Position numbers and translations under genes: made by a program
DNA from: a virus
Virus record (IMG/VR): IMGVR_UViG_3300043419_002586
Strand: one strand, 5' to 3'
DNA length: 64,000 nt
The notes under the pieces: model-generated
Told to the model about the DNA's origin: nothing
What the model saw: only the letters and a program-made list of their open reading frames with translations
Databases searched by the model: none
Part shown: piece after piece, positions 51,020-61,036 of the stretch
Layout of the letters: each line of letters starts with the position of its first letter
How positions within the stretch are numbered: the stretch's first letter is position 1

Positions 51020-51115
51020 TTTATGCTGCTTCCATTAATGTTTGTTTCGATTTACATTTAATTATTCAATTCAATGTAAATTTACTATTTTGTTATAGTA
51101 ATAACTTTTTTTATC

Positions 51116-51140
51116 TTCTAGATAAGTTGTTTTTACACCT
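51116..51140 (-). promoter_or_regulatory. Putative phage late promoter AGG-N17-TAGAA
   Basis: Exact motif directly after a terminator, upstream of scaffold-decoration-MCP. Confidence 0.6.
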
Positions 51141-51150
51141 TTTTTTAAAG

Positions 51151-51184
51151 AAAATAGTGGGAGAAATAATCCCCCACTATTTAT
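51151..51184 (-). terminator. Rho-independent terminator after the protease gene
   Basis: AAATAGTGGGGGA-TTATT-TCTCCCACTATTT-TCTTT. Confidence 0.75.
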
Positions 51185-51188
51185 CAAA

Positions 51189-54100
51189 CTAATCTATCCA
51201 AGTAATGGATACATCGAGCTTTGATGGATCTTTCTTTGAAGCTTGTACAGTTGTTCTTGAATAATTTCCACACTTGTAGCAGAAAGTATTATTCTTGACT
51301 TTATGTGCTTCTCTGTCACCACAAGATGGACAAATCATACCTACAGGAAGCATTGCTTCTGATGTTCTGTCAAATGATGGTAATGCGGTCTTCAAATAAA
51401 CATCAGAATCAACTGTTGCTGATAACCTAACCATAGTTTTAATTTCAGATGCTACTGGACCCATACCAGGAGCAGCAGGTGATTGAGCAGGAAGCTCTGC
51501 AGGTGCAGTAGCTGCGCCTAAACCAGTTTCAGGTCCAAGACCCATTGGCTCTTCTTCTGGTGAACTCTTGCCCTTATCTCCCATTGAAACTAATTCAATT
51601 TGTTGAAGAATCTTATAGGTTGTTCCACAGCTTTGACAATCAGCATTAGATTCTGAAATATTTACATCATCTGATCCACATACAGGACATACTGAGCCCC
51701 AAGGCTTTTTCTCACCTGGTTCAGCAATAGCATCCATATCAGCTGATTCGTTCATATCAGCTCCACCAGTTAATGAAGAAATTCCTAAATCACCACCAGC
51801 AGGAGCGCCAGCGCCTAAACCTGGATCAACAGGACCCGCTGCTGGACCAGCAGGAGCAGGTGCACCTGCAGCAGGAGCACCCATTCCTGGCATAGCTTGT
51901 GCGTATTTTGACAAAATATTGTCTCTTCTAGCCTTTCTAGCTAATCTTGCACCTTCGGTCATAATAACAGGCATTTCTGCACTTTCTTCAGAGTGCATTT
52001 CAGAAGATTCATCGTCAGTTCTGAATGTTTTTGAAGAGGCAGTTGAAACTGTGGCAGTTACATCACCATTTTCAGAAACAATCAAGTCTGTGAATGAGAA
52101 TGTATTTGGATCTACTTGGAATCCGTGACCTTGAAGAACTTCAATTGCTTTCTGCTTGAATGACTCATCAAAATTGCTATCACTTGGTTTTACTCCGTCT
52201 AAGTCTTCAGCTCTACACATAAATCTAATACAATCAGACTTGCTTTGTGTAACGGTCATACCAGCTGTTCTTTCAGAAGCAACAACTGCTTTAGCAACTA
52301 ATTTTTCAGCAACTTCAAATTCTTCACAAAGTCTCTTTGCTGCTTTAGCAATTCTTCTTGTGCTGATACCAAAGTTTGTTGAGTAGTCTGCAAACCAACC
52401 AATTACATTTTCAGAAATATTTTTAGTAGATGCAGTCTTTACACCATAGAATTCTCTTCTTGCTCTGGATCTCAATCTTCCATCAGTTGCTGTTGCTGTC
52501 TTAGCTCTATCAATTGCAGCCATCAATTGCTTTTCAGGCATTGCATCAACAGAATCTACAACTTCATCAGGAGTTGTGCCGGTTTCTTTAGCAGACATAG
52601 CCATAGCAGAAATAGCAGACTTAAGATCATCTTTAGAAATAAGATCAGCGTCAGCATCTACAGCAGACATAAGTGCAGACTTAAGTTCTTCATTCTTTGA
52701 AGGTGCAGCGTCAACATCCAATCCCTCAACAGGAACATTTGCTTGACCCATAAGAAGTTCGGCAATTCTTGAAACGCCTTCCTTGGTCATTTCGCCTTCT
52801 TCAACTGCAACTGAAAGAGCGTCAGCAAGATCCTTTGCAGTGATTTCAGAATTTACAGCAGCTCCAAGCTCCTTAAGAACAGCAGAGACTGAATTTTCTG
52901 GCTTAGCGTCTCCACCAAAGAAATCTGCCTTTTCTGCCTTATCAGCTTCCATACCAGCACCAGCAGCTGCAGTACCAATCATTTCAGGAAGCATTGGTTC
53001 TGATGCTAATGTTTGAGCAACACGAACGATAGTTTTTGGTGTTTCAAGTGAAGAAATTACAGCCTTGCCTAATGCATTGATAGTAGCTGCCATAATTTCG
53101 TGTGCAGATGCAGAACCCTCTGCACGATGGTTAGATAATTGCATCTCTAAAACTTCAGTAGGAACACCGTGTGTGACTTCATCAACAAGTTCAGTTAAGG
53201 ATTTACGAACTTCTACATCCTTGATTCTTCTGCCGTAAAGTCCAGCATCTCCAAGAAGAATTTCTCTTACCGCATCCTGGCTTTCACCTGTTTGCTTTGG
53301 TGCTAATTGCTTTTCACGAACTTCATTTACAACGCCAGTGTTTTTTGACTTGACACCTTCGTATAAATTATCATATGATTCACCACTTCTGACTTCATCA
53401 AGTTGTCTCTCTCTGTCATCAAGTCTTTCTTTGACATCAAGTAAAGCAGTCTTGACAAATTGTGAATAATCCTTGAGCAATTCAGCAGCAACTCTTGTAC
53501 CTTGTCCGTTTTCCATCAAGCCAAGTTGATTTTCATTAAGGATAGGTTCCCAAGCAGTTCTTTTTCCATTTGTGTAACCTGTGATTGAACCATCAGTAGA
53601 AAGAACAACTCTATTACCTGCATTGTCCTCGACTTTAAAATCGATTGTAACTGCAGCAGCAAGTTTTTTTCTTTGCTCTGATGCAATCTTTGCAAAGTGA
53701 TCCATTTGATTTCTGCTCCCCGCCACGAAAGGCGTATTTGTTTTTATATTTTTGCTTCTTTCATTAGCAATTCTAATGACATTATCAATACTTTTTTGAA
53801 TTTGAGCACTATTATTTAAATTTTCTTTTAAATTTAAGATACTTTGTGTTAAATTCAAAATTTTATTGGAAGATGAACCGTTTTGAGTGCTAGCAAAAAC
53901 TTCTCTTTTACCATCTCTTGAAGCCCATACCAAATTGTGATTGCTAGAGGCTAATGCAACACCGCCTCCAACTTGCGTACCTTGATCTCCGGAATAAGTA
54001 AGATCCATAATTTTTCCGACAGATTCAGTTGGTGCGTAATTTGCCAGACCAATATTGGCGTTCATTGGAGAAGCTTGTGGTGCTTGTCCCTGTTGCATAT

Positions 54101-55340
54101 TTTGTGGCTGATTAATTTGTTGTGGTCTTTGTCCTGACCCAACATCTATACCATCATCAATCATATCTTGCATTGTAGATTGAAGTTCTGCCATTGATTT
54201 AGTAACTTTTCCTACGTGTCCCAAATCAACATTATCTTTTCTTGCAAACATATTCATCACTGCAACTTCTAAGAAATTCAATGATAAATTGATCAAGTCA
54301 AGAATATTAAGACCAGATCTAGGATCAATTCCTAATGCTGTTAATACTGCTTGAACTGTAGAATTTTGATTTGCTCCTGCTCCAGCCAATAAAGGACCAC
54401 CAACAAGAGTACCTGCTTGTTGCGCCAATCTTACTGCAGTTTTTGCTGTGGAATTCGCTACTCTTAAGCAGTTTTCGTATTCTGTTCTAGATGAAGATTC
54501 TTGTGGAGATCCTTGTAATGCTAAAACAATATTTGCAGAAATTTCATTAGCTTTTTTCTCTAAATTCATTGCAGCATCAAGAACATCATCTACATCATAA
54601 ATTTCTTGAATTTCGCAAGATTCAAAAGCTCCATCACCTACACAGCTAAGTTCAATAAATTTGACACCATAGTTTTTTTCATAAGCTTTCTTGCCAGTTT
54701 CAGGATAAATTTTACCTTTATATCTCTTAAGGTGATCACAATAATCTCTTTCAGTATATGCTTTATTGCCACACACTGAACAAACACCCCATTCAACACT
54801 CGCACCCATCGAAACATCGTGAATTACGCCTGTTCGAATATTTCTTGCAATGTCTGGGTAAGCTTCTTCATCTACAAAGAAAGTACAATAAACACAATCT
54901 TCTTCTTCATCCCATTCAGCGTAAACAACCATTCCTTTGGCTTGTTCAATATCATCATTTTTGTGATTTGTATAAATTGGAACGCCTTCAAAGGTTTTAT
55001 AAGATGGGATTTTTTTGCCTTTGATTTCAACTTCTTTAAGTAATTCTTCCTTAGAAAAAAGATCACCATTAGCGTTGACGACATCTGCATCAATAGCTCT
55101 AGCTCTTACCCATAAAAGTTTTGCACCCTTACGAGCTTGCATTTCTTTCACGATGTCGAAATCTTTGTATTTTTCTAGGACTTCTTTCGGATCAGCATAG
55201 AGAGATTGAAGACCAATCTTAGCTGCTTCTCTCATATTTGATGAAGCGGTCTTAATAATATAATCTCTAGCTATATTTCGGTCATTTTCGTTGAGGAAAC
55301 TATTAATTGTAATAGCACCTCCTTTTGCAACCTTGTACAT
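51189..55340 (-). CDS. Prohead protease polyprotein (N-terminal maturation protease, long Ala-rich core region, C-terminal zinc ribbons)
   Basis: NANGDLF, YTNHKNDD (His), DVSMGASVE (Ser), CSVCG...CDH, FIELSCVGDGA; lies between portal and scaffold; C-terminal CPVC/CQSC and CPSC/CYKC. Confidence 0.75.
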   Translation of the reverse strand: MYKVAKGGAITINSFLNENDRNIARDYIIKTASSNMREAAKIGLQSLYADPKEVLEKYKDFDIVKEMQARKGAKLLWVRARAIDADVVNANGDLFSKEELLKEVEIKGKKIPSYKTFEGVPIYTNHKNDDIEQAKGMVVYAEWDEEEDCVYCTFFVDEEAYPDIARNIRTGVIHDVSMGASVEWGVCSVCGNKAYTERDYCDHLKRYKGKIYPETGKKAYEKNYGVKFIELSCVGDGAFESCEIQEIYDVDDVLDAAMNLEKKANEISANIVLALQGSPQESSSRTEYENCLRVANSTAKTAVRLAQQAGTLVGGPLLAGAGANQNSTVQAVLTALGIDPRSGLNILDLINLSLNFLEVAVMNMFARKDNVDLGHVGKVTKSMAELQSTMQDMIDDGIDVGSGQRPQQINQPQNMQQGQAPQASPMNANIGLANYAPTESVGKIMDLTYSGDQGTQVGGGVALASSNHNLVWASRDGKREVFASTQNGSSSNKILNLTQSILNLKENLNNSAQIQKSIDNVIRIANERSKNIKTNTPFVAGSRNQMDHFAKIASEQRKKLAAAVTIDFKVEDNAGNRVVLSTDGSITGYTNGKRTAWEPILNENQLGLMENGQGTRVAAELLKDYSQFVKTALLDVKERLDDRERQLDEVRSGESYDNLYEGVKSKNTGVVNEVREKQLAPKQTGESQDAVREILLGDAGLYGRRIKDVEVRKSLTELVDEVTHGVPTEVLEMQLSNHRAEGSASAHEIMAATINALGKAVISSLETPKTIVRVAQTLASEPMLPEMIGTAAAGAGMEADKAEKADFFGGDAKPENSVSAVLKELGAAVNSEITAKDLADALSVAVEEGEMTKEGVSRIAELLMGQANVPVEGLDVDAAPSKNEELKSALMSAVDADADLISKDDLKSAISAMAMSAKETGTTPDEVVDSVDAMPEKQLMAAIDRAKTATATDGRLRSRARREFYGVKTASTKNISENVIGWFADYSTNFGISTRRIAKAAKRLCEEFEVAEKLVAKAVVASERTAGMTVTQSKSDCIRFMCRAEDLDGVKPSDSNFDESFKQKAIEVLQGHGFQVDPNTFSFTDLIVSENGDVTATVSTASSKTFRTDDESSEMHSEESAEMPVIMTEGARLARKARRDNILSKYAQAMPGMGAPAAGAPAPAGPAAGPVDPGLGAGAPAGGDLGISSLTGGADMNESADMDAIAEPGEKKPWGSVCPVCGSDDVNISESNADCQSCGTTYKILQQIELVSMGDKGKSSPEEEPMGLGPETGLGAATAPAELPAQSPAAPGMGPVASEIKTMVRLSATVDSDVYLKTALPSFDRTSEAMLPVGMICPSCGDREAHKVKNNTFCYKCGNYSRTTVQASKKDPSKLDVSITWID

Positions 55341-55380
55341 ATATTCAATCCTTAAAAAATAAAGTTATCAATAGGGTTTG

Positions 55381-55405
55381 TTCTATTTTCAACATATTAA
55401 AACCT
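55381..55405 (-). promoter_or_regulatory. Putative phage late promoter AGG-N17-TAGAA
   Basis: Exact motif directly after a terminator, upstream of the protease gene. Confidence 0.6.
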
Positions 55406-55413
55406 GTAAAATT

Positions 55414-55439
55414 TAAACCCGTCGAAATCGACGGGTTTA
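55414..55439 (-). terminator. Terminator hairpin after the portal gene
   Basis: TAAACCCGTCG-4 nt loop-CGACGGGTTTA perfect 11-bp stem. Confidence 0.75.
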
Positions 55440-55465
55440 TTGTACAGTGACAAACTATTCTTCAA

Positions 55466-57826
55466 TTACAAATATTCTGAATTTCCCTCACCCATACCTG
55501 TTCGCTTCTTGATTGCTTTTATCAACACGTTTAAACAATCTTGAGGGTGATCATTAATTTCCTTATCAGTAAATCTAACAATTATCCATCCATTTGCAGC
55601 TAATTCTGAATCTCTACGTTTGTCTTTTGCAATCTTATCTGGATTATTGTGCCAAATTTCTCCATCAGCTTCTATGCCTATTTTAAGATTTGGAATTGCA
55701 GCATCTAATTGATAATCCATAGTAGGTCCTGCAGAATATTGAGCATAAAGAGGGTATGGCATATTCAAGGACATAGTTAATCCATATAATTTCTTTTCAA
55801 GACTTGTAAACATCTTAGGTTGCTGAGTGATATCTATTTTCTTCTTTGCATATTTCTTGATAGATTCGTTTTCATTATTTGCAACTTGATAAATTTCTTG
55901 CAAAGCATAATTATTTAGTGGATGAGAGTTGTCTCCTCCGCATATAGGCATTTGTAAAGAGCCAAATAAGCCATCATATTCGCTTGGAAGAGGACCAAGA
56001 GAACCTCTGCCTGTTACTGGTGTTAAGGACATAAGGAAGCCTTCGTGAGCAGCAGATTTGATTCTTTTACTTGCAGTTCTTACACCAGAATTTTTTGCAT
56101 TAATTCTTTCATCATAAATTTGATTAATTACTGAACTAGCAAATTTATAGTTTTTCGTCATTATTTCTGCAGTAGGAGTAGGGCCAGCATTTGGAACTGG
56201 AGGAGGAGCGCCTGCTAATCCTTGAGCACCACCTCCAACAGCTAAGTCAGCTGGTGGAGGAGCCATTCCTGCACCAGACATATCAGGAGCACCAAAGCCT
56301 TGACCTGTAACTCCTCCACTTTGAAAACTTAGAGAAATATTAGGAGTTCCAAAAGATTGATCATTTACAAAGTTTGCACCTTGTTCAAAACGTAATCTTT
56401 CAATTTCTTGATCTGAATCTAATCCAAAAGCTTCTATAAGTGAAACATTTGAAATTACGCCATTTTGATTAGCGGTGACAAGCATCTGTAATTTTCCAGT
56501 ATCATCACGCAATTGAAGATCATCGAATTTAATTTTTGGATAAACTAATTCGTCTTGCCCTCTCTCGCCTTCAATTACAAAACCATTCCACTTTGCAACT
56601 GGCATAAAAACATTTTGTTCAATCCAATGGGCAACTTCTCTTCTAAATGTTTCTAATCTTTGAGCCATAGCAAGAAGACCAACTTGAGCATTGCCATAAG
56701 TTGGGCCCTCACCATTTAACAGAGCTTTATTTAGCATTACGCCATCTAAAATCTCTTGTTCAATCAATTCAAATTCACCAGTCAAAGGATGAATTTTTCC
56801 AGTTGCACCATACCATTCCAAATCAAAATTGTGGTGTGTTACAAGAGTTAAGTTTGGATCATTAGCAATAGATGCCAATTCATCTTGAACATTGTCAATA
56901 TCTTCTTGTGATGCTGGTCTTGTATCGCTACCAATTTTTACAACCTTGATTGGCAAGATAAGTCTTTCAGCTATCATATATTGAGCTTGGCGAAGTTTAT
57001 CTTTGTAAGTTAAAATTGGAAACAATGGTCTGATCATAGAAATTCCATAATCTTCCCAAGGGTTTGATCCATATTTGAAATGATGAATTGAAATTGGATT
57101 TAATTTGATTGGATTTCCCTGAATAATCATTTTTTTGATATCATCAGGAATTTTGTCATAAATCTCTTTAGGATGTCTTTCATTTACAATTCTAATTTCT
57201 TCAGCAGAAGGTCGGTAAGCATAGCTACCTGGTTGATCAATCATACCAGGGCTTTTAATTACAGAATCAGGATTTAGAATTGAAATTGATTTCCAAGTGG
57301 CTCCATCGTGCTCACATTCTTTATTTTTGTCATTGTCCCAGTTTGAACCGTGACAATGTGGGCAGTCAAGCGAAAGAAGAACAAAAGAGTCGCCCAATAA
57401 GTGATATGTTTTAGAGATTTCAGGAAGCCATTTTTGAAAATTAAGTGATTCTACTAACTTTTCAAAATAATCCTTAACATAAGAAGAAGAACATTCTAAC
57501 TTCCAACCAGAGAAAGGATAGTTGGTGTAAAAATTGACAGCTGCTGCAATTTTTGGCTCATTATTTCTCCACCAGTTTGCCCAAAGATAAACTTCACGAC
57601 GAGCATTAGGTATTTGGAACGAAGATGGAGTTAAGAATGGCGAATAGAAATTAGGAGATGTTGTTACTGTATTTACACTAGCAGTTCTTGTTACACTCGG
57701 ACCTAAACCAAGACCAATTCTACTACTTGCATAATTTTTATCTACAGAAGCTGTTGAAGAGGTTGTTCCTGATACTTGTGTTGCTGCTGTTCTGATAGCA
57801 GAAGCCAATGATGTTCTATTTGCCAT
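55466..57826 (-). CDS. Portal protein with C-terminal DUF559/Vsr-like endonuclease domain
   Basis: Portal-like core (EPKIAAAVNFY, HHFKY...WEDYGISMI, KVVKIG, IKFDDLQL); C-terminus LDAAIPNLKIGIEADGEIWH...KDKRRDSEL..NGW.IVRF. Confidence 0.75.
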   Translation of the reverse strand: MANRTSLASAIRTAATQVSGTTSSTASVDKNYASSRIGLGLGPSVTRTASVNTVTTSPNFYSPFLTPSSFQIPNARREVYLWANWWRNNEPKIAAAVNFYTNYPFSGWKLECSSSYVKDYFEKLVESLNFQKWLPEISKTYHLLGDSFVLLSLDCPHCHGSNWDNDKNKECEHDGATWKSISILNPDSVIKSPGMIDQPGSYAYRPSAEEIRIVNERHPKEIYDKIPDDIKKMIIQGNPIKLNPISIHHFKYGSNPWEDYGISMIRPLFPILTYKDKLRQAQYMIAERLILPIKVVKIGSDTRPASQEDIDNVQDELASIANDPNLTLVTHHNFDLEWYGATGKIHPLTGEFELIEQEILDGVMLNKALLNGEGPTYGNAQVGLLAMAQRLETFRREVAHWIEQNVFMPVAKWNGFVIEGERGQDELVYPKIKFDDLQLRDDTGKLQMLVTANQNGVISNVSLIEAFGLDSDQEIERLRFEQGANFVNDQSFGTPNISLSFQSGGVTGQGFGAPDMSGAGMAPPPADLAVGGGAQGLAGAPPPVPNAGPTPTAEIMTKNYKFASSVINQIYDERINAKNSGVRTASKRIKSAAHEGFLMSLTPVTGRGSLGPLPSEYDGLFGSLQMPICGGDNSHPLNNYALQEIYQVANNENESIKKYAKKKIDITQQPKMFTSLEKKLYGLTMSLNMPYPLYAQYSAGPTMDYQLDAAIPNLKIGIEADGEIWHNNPDKIAKDKRRDSELAANGWIIVRFTDKEINDHPQDCLNVLIKAIKKRTGMGEGNSEYL

Positions 57827-57833
57827 AACATAT

Positions 57834-57841
57834 ATTATACC
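57834..57841 (-). promoter_or_regulatory. -10 box (GGTATAAT) 7 nt before the portal ATG
   Basis: CGGTATAAT-ATATGTT-ATG, no SD. Confidence 0.5.
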
Positions 57842-57859
57842 GTTCTAAAAATAAAGAAC

Positions 57860-58402
57860 TTAGTACCAAGTTTGATTAGAAGGTTTGTTGCCAAAAAGTA
57901 TAGGATCTTGTTTACCTTTAAGCGCTTGATAATATCCTTCACCATTTTTAAAATGCTGAAAACTATTTCCCTTTTCAATCGATGCCATACTTTGAGGGTC
58001 TCTATTGTTATTTTGTTGTCTAGAGCCTTCTAATTGTTCTTCAATAGATGTGTTTTCTGGAGCTTCGTGATAAGGTGAGTGTCTACGTGCTTCATTTGCT
58101 GCTGATTGAGGAGAAACTATATAATTACCATCATCGTCCATATTCATTCTGTGAGGACGATCAACTAATAAATTCCAAATTTCTTTTTGCTGTTCTTGAT
58201 TCATTTGGTAATAATCATCAAGATTTTTGCCCATTTTTTCAAGAATTCCAGCTAATTCGTCATACAATTCAGCAGGTTTGACATCTACAATTTCAGCCTT
58301 ATCAATTTCAGATTGAGTAGTGCCAGAAGCCATAGTTGCGTCTTGCTCTTTTTGTTGTACTGCACCACCACCGAATTGAGCTAAAACTTGTTTATACCAC
58401 AT
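57860..58402 (-). CDS. Hypothetical head-associated protein
   Basis: 180 aa, starts MWYKQVLAQ; contains a SIEEQL motif. Confidence 0.65.
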   Translation of the reverse strand: MWYKQVLAQFGGGAVQQKEQDATMASGTTQSEIDKAEIVDVKPAELYDELAGILEKMGKNLDDYYQMNQEQQKEIWNLLVDRPHRMNMDDDGNYIVSPQSAANEARRHSPYHEAPENTSIEEQLEGSRQQNNNRDPQSMASIEKGNSFQHFKNGEGYYQALKGKQDPILFGNKPSNQTWY

Positions 58403-60053
58403 CGTCGTATTCTTCTCTTTTAGATTCCATTACATAATCTAAGCCAAGTTCATCAGCAAATTTTTTAAGATCTTCATCTGAAAATTGATGACCAAAACTA
58501 TCTTCATCATCTTCACTCAAGAGAGCTTCAATATTTTTGGTGATTTTTGTGTTGTGTCTTGTATCTTCTAATTGTTCATCTTTAGGCACATCAACAACAT
58601 TTTTCTTTCTAGTTTCATTTAGAATCTGTTCTTGATTCATTTCTTTTTTTGATGCGGTAATATTTTTATCTAATTGATGAATAATCGATTCTTTTGGTTC
58701 ATCTTTATCCTTATTCAATTCATCTCTGTAATTAACAACATCTTTGTCATTTACATTTAGTTGATCAGCATAAGAGTTTTCCATTTCACCACGGCGAGAA
58801 TAAAGATCATCAGAATCAAGTTGTTTTTCTCTTGTTTCATCTGTTTCAGAAACTTGTTGATTAAGTCTTCTCAACAATATTTCTAAATAATCTGTACCTT
58901 TTTGATCTTTTCTTGGCAATTGAGAATCTATAGTTTTATTAGCATCAGTTTGGGCTTGTTTTGGGCGCATAACTGGCTTATCACCTTGTTGATGCCCATA
59001 ATTTGATTGCTTAATTTCAGACAATTGTTTTTCTCTAGAATCATCGACATTTTGTTTGCCTCTGATTTTGTTTGCACCTCTATCTGAATTATCAAATCTA
59101 GCTTCATATCCAATTTCACCTTCGGTCAATTTTTGGGATCTTTCGCCTTCTTTGAGTTCTAGAGCGTTTGCTTCATTATCAGGGTGCTTATGAACATCCA
59201 ATCTTGCCATCACTTCATCGTGGGACTGGAATGCAACCTTAAGCCAATCTTGATACGCACAAGATACGTGTCCATCTTTATCAACACGGGAATCGATGCA
59301 GTTTTCACGGCACTTAGAAATTTCCATAGGAATTGGAGCTTTGAATCCTTGAAATTTACCTTTAGGGCAAAGTAAGTAAGGTTCATTTGCTTGCGTTGAT
59401 AATGATGTGTAAGCTACTCTTCTATTTTCTTTTGGTGTAATCTCTGAATACCAATTGTGTAAATAGTTTGAAACCTTGGTTGATTGAAGCTTATTGCCTG
59501 ATAATACAATGTTTCTAGCACTTTGAAGTTTAGAAATTCTCAGTGATGTAGAAGCAAACTTCTGTAGTTTATCTAATGAATCTATAGCTTCTATTTGCCA
59601 ATAACCGGCTGAATTATCTGATGTTTTATATGCAGTTCTTTCAAGTCTAGCAGCTTCATTATTTTTATTGATAAAGTTTTGTAAAGCCATATACGCATAG
59701 CGAAGAATATTTCTTTCTTCTGCTAACTTGACGTTATTTAATTTATTGTAAGCGTGATGTAAATGATGATGAGCATCTTTTCCAGGAAGAGCTACAATTT
59801 TAATAATGTGCTCAGGGCCACCCATATTTTTAAATGCTGAAATTACAGGATCATCACCAAAATCATTCATATCTAATACGTGGAAAGGAGAAGACATCGG
59901 CATAGAATCACCATCTCCAAGTCCAGCAATTGTGTCTTGAAGCATACTGAGCAATCCAGTTCCGCCAATTAATGGTTTCTTTTCCATAATCTCGTGAATT
60001 TTTTTAGGATCGTGAGTTTCGTATGTTGCTTTGATCTTATAACCTTTATCCAT
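58392..60053 (-). CDS. Hypothetical head-associated protein with a Cys cluster and ExQL repeats
   Basis: 553 aa; CPK...CRENC...C; about 10 ExQL-like repeats. Confidence 0.65.
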   Translation of the reverse strand: MDKGYKIKATYETHDPKKIHEIMEKKPLIGGTGLLSMLQDTIAGLGDGDSMPMSSPFHVLDMNDFGDDPVISAFKNMGGPEHIIKIVALPGKDAHHHLHHAYNKLNNVKLAEERNILRYAYMALQNFINKNNEAARLERTAYKTSDNSAGYWQIEAIDSLDKLQKFASTSLRISKLQSARNIVLSGNKLQSTKVSNYLHNWYSEITPKENRRVAYTSLSTQANEPYLLCPKGKFQGFKAPIPMEISKCRENCIDSRVDKDGHVSCAYQDWLKVAFQSHDEVMARLDVHKHPDNEANALELKEGERSQKLTEGEIGYEARFDNSDRGANKIRGKQNVDDSREKQLSEIKQSNYGHQQGDKPVMRPKQAQTDANKTIDSQLPRKDQKGTDYLEILLRRLNQQVSETDETREKQLDSDDLYSRRGEMENSYADQLNVNDKDVVNYRDELNKDKDEPKESIIHQLDKNITASKKEMNQEQILNETRKKNVVDVPKDEQLEDTRHNTKITKNIEALLSEDDEDSFGHQFSDEDLKKFADELGLDYVMESKREEYDDVV

Positions 60054-60055
60054 TA

Positions 60056-61036
60056 TTATTTACCCAATCCTAAATTTGATAATTCTTCTTTATCAAAACC
60101 TCTATCATTAAGTGCTGATTTGATTTGTTTCAATTCTTCATTGATACCTTTCTTATCAACAGCATCTTTGAAATCTCCTTGCTTAGTTGTTTTTGAATAA
60201 TCTTGTAAATCCATAAGAAAACAAGCTCTCATAATTAATTCAGCAGTTGATCTTTTTTCAAAGTTGGGTTTTGAATCATAATTTAAAGCAGCAATTTTAA
60301 CTGAGGCATTCTTGTTGCCTTTTTCTTCAGTGTCATTAATTTGCTCAATTGTTTCTTCGACATCTTTAGTTTTCTTTTCAACATCTTTTTTTTCTCTAAC
60401 TAATTTGTCCAAATCAACAGTTTCTGCAGTCTTTTCTGACTTGTCGTCTTTATCTTTGCCTTGCTCTAATTTTTTATTATATTCTTTAACAATATCAATA
60501 GCACGTTCGATTGTTTCTTTATTCCAATACTTGAGCTTTGAAATGTATCTGACAATATCGTTTTTTTCGACACCGTGATCAAGCAACTTTCCTACTTTTC
60601 CCATCAAAACACGGAAAGGATTGCCTCTAGTTTTCTTTTTCTTTTTGACCTGTGCGGTTTTGGAATTGTTGTACACGTTCTTAGCCTCGGATAAATAAGT
60701 TTCTTCAATCTTATTAGCTATATCAGAATAGCTTGGATCCAACTCTTTAGTAATAGGATCTTTTGTTCTAGTTCGATTGTCATTTGACATAATAAGTGCT
60801 TTAGATAACTTATATAATTGATGTCTTAAGTTTTTATCTTGAACCTTGTCTGCTATGATGGTAACTTCGTTGGATAACTCACCAAAATTTTCATTAGCAG
60901 ATCTTACTTTGTTCATCAATTGTCTCATTTCGTCTTTAGTTACACCTTCGACATTTTCACCGTTCAAAGGAATATTATTAATTCCATTTGCAGGATTAGA
61001 TGCTAAAGGCGGAGCCATTTGAGACAATTTATTCAT
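60056..61036 (-). CDS. Hypothetical Lys-rich head-associated protein
   Basis: 326 aa; KTAQ and KIAA motifs; basic KKKKKTRGNPFR segment. Confidence 0.65.
   Translation of the reverse strand: MNKLSQMAPPLASNPANGINNIPLNGENVEGVTKDEMRQLMNKVRSANENFGELSNEVTIIADKVQDKNLRHQLYKLSKALIMSNDNRTRTKDPITKELDPSYSDIANKIEETYLSEAKNVYNNSKTAQVKKKKKTRGNPFRVLMGKVGKLLDHGVEKNDIVRYISKLKYWNKETIERAIDIVKEYNKKLEQGKDKDDKSEKTAETVDLDKLVREKKDVEKKTKDVEETIEQINDTEEKGNKNASVKIAALNYDSKPNFEKRSTAELIMRACFLMDLQDYSKTTKQGDFKDAVDKKGINEELKQIKSALNDRGFDKEELSNLGLGK

Noticed and set aside
57843-57868. Additional late-promoter copy upstream of the portal gene (TGG-N18-TAGAA)
   Set aside because: Both the first element and the spacer deviate from the motif, so it was not counted
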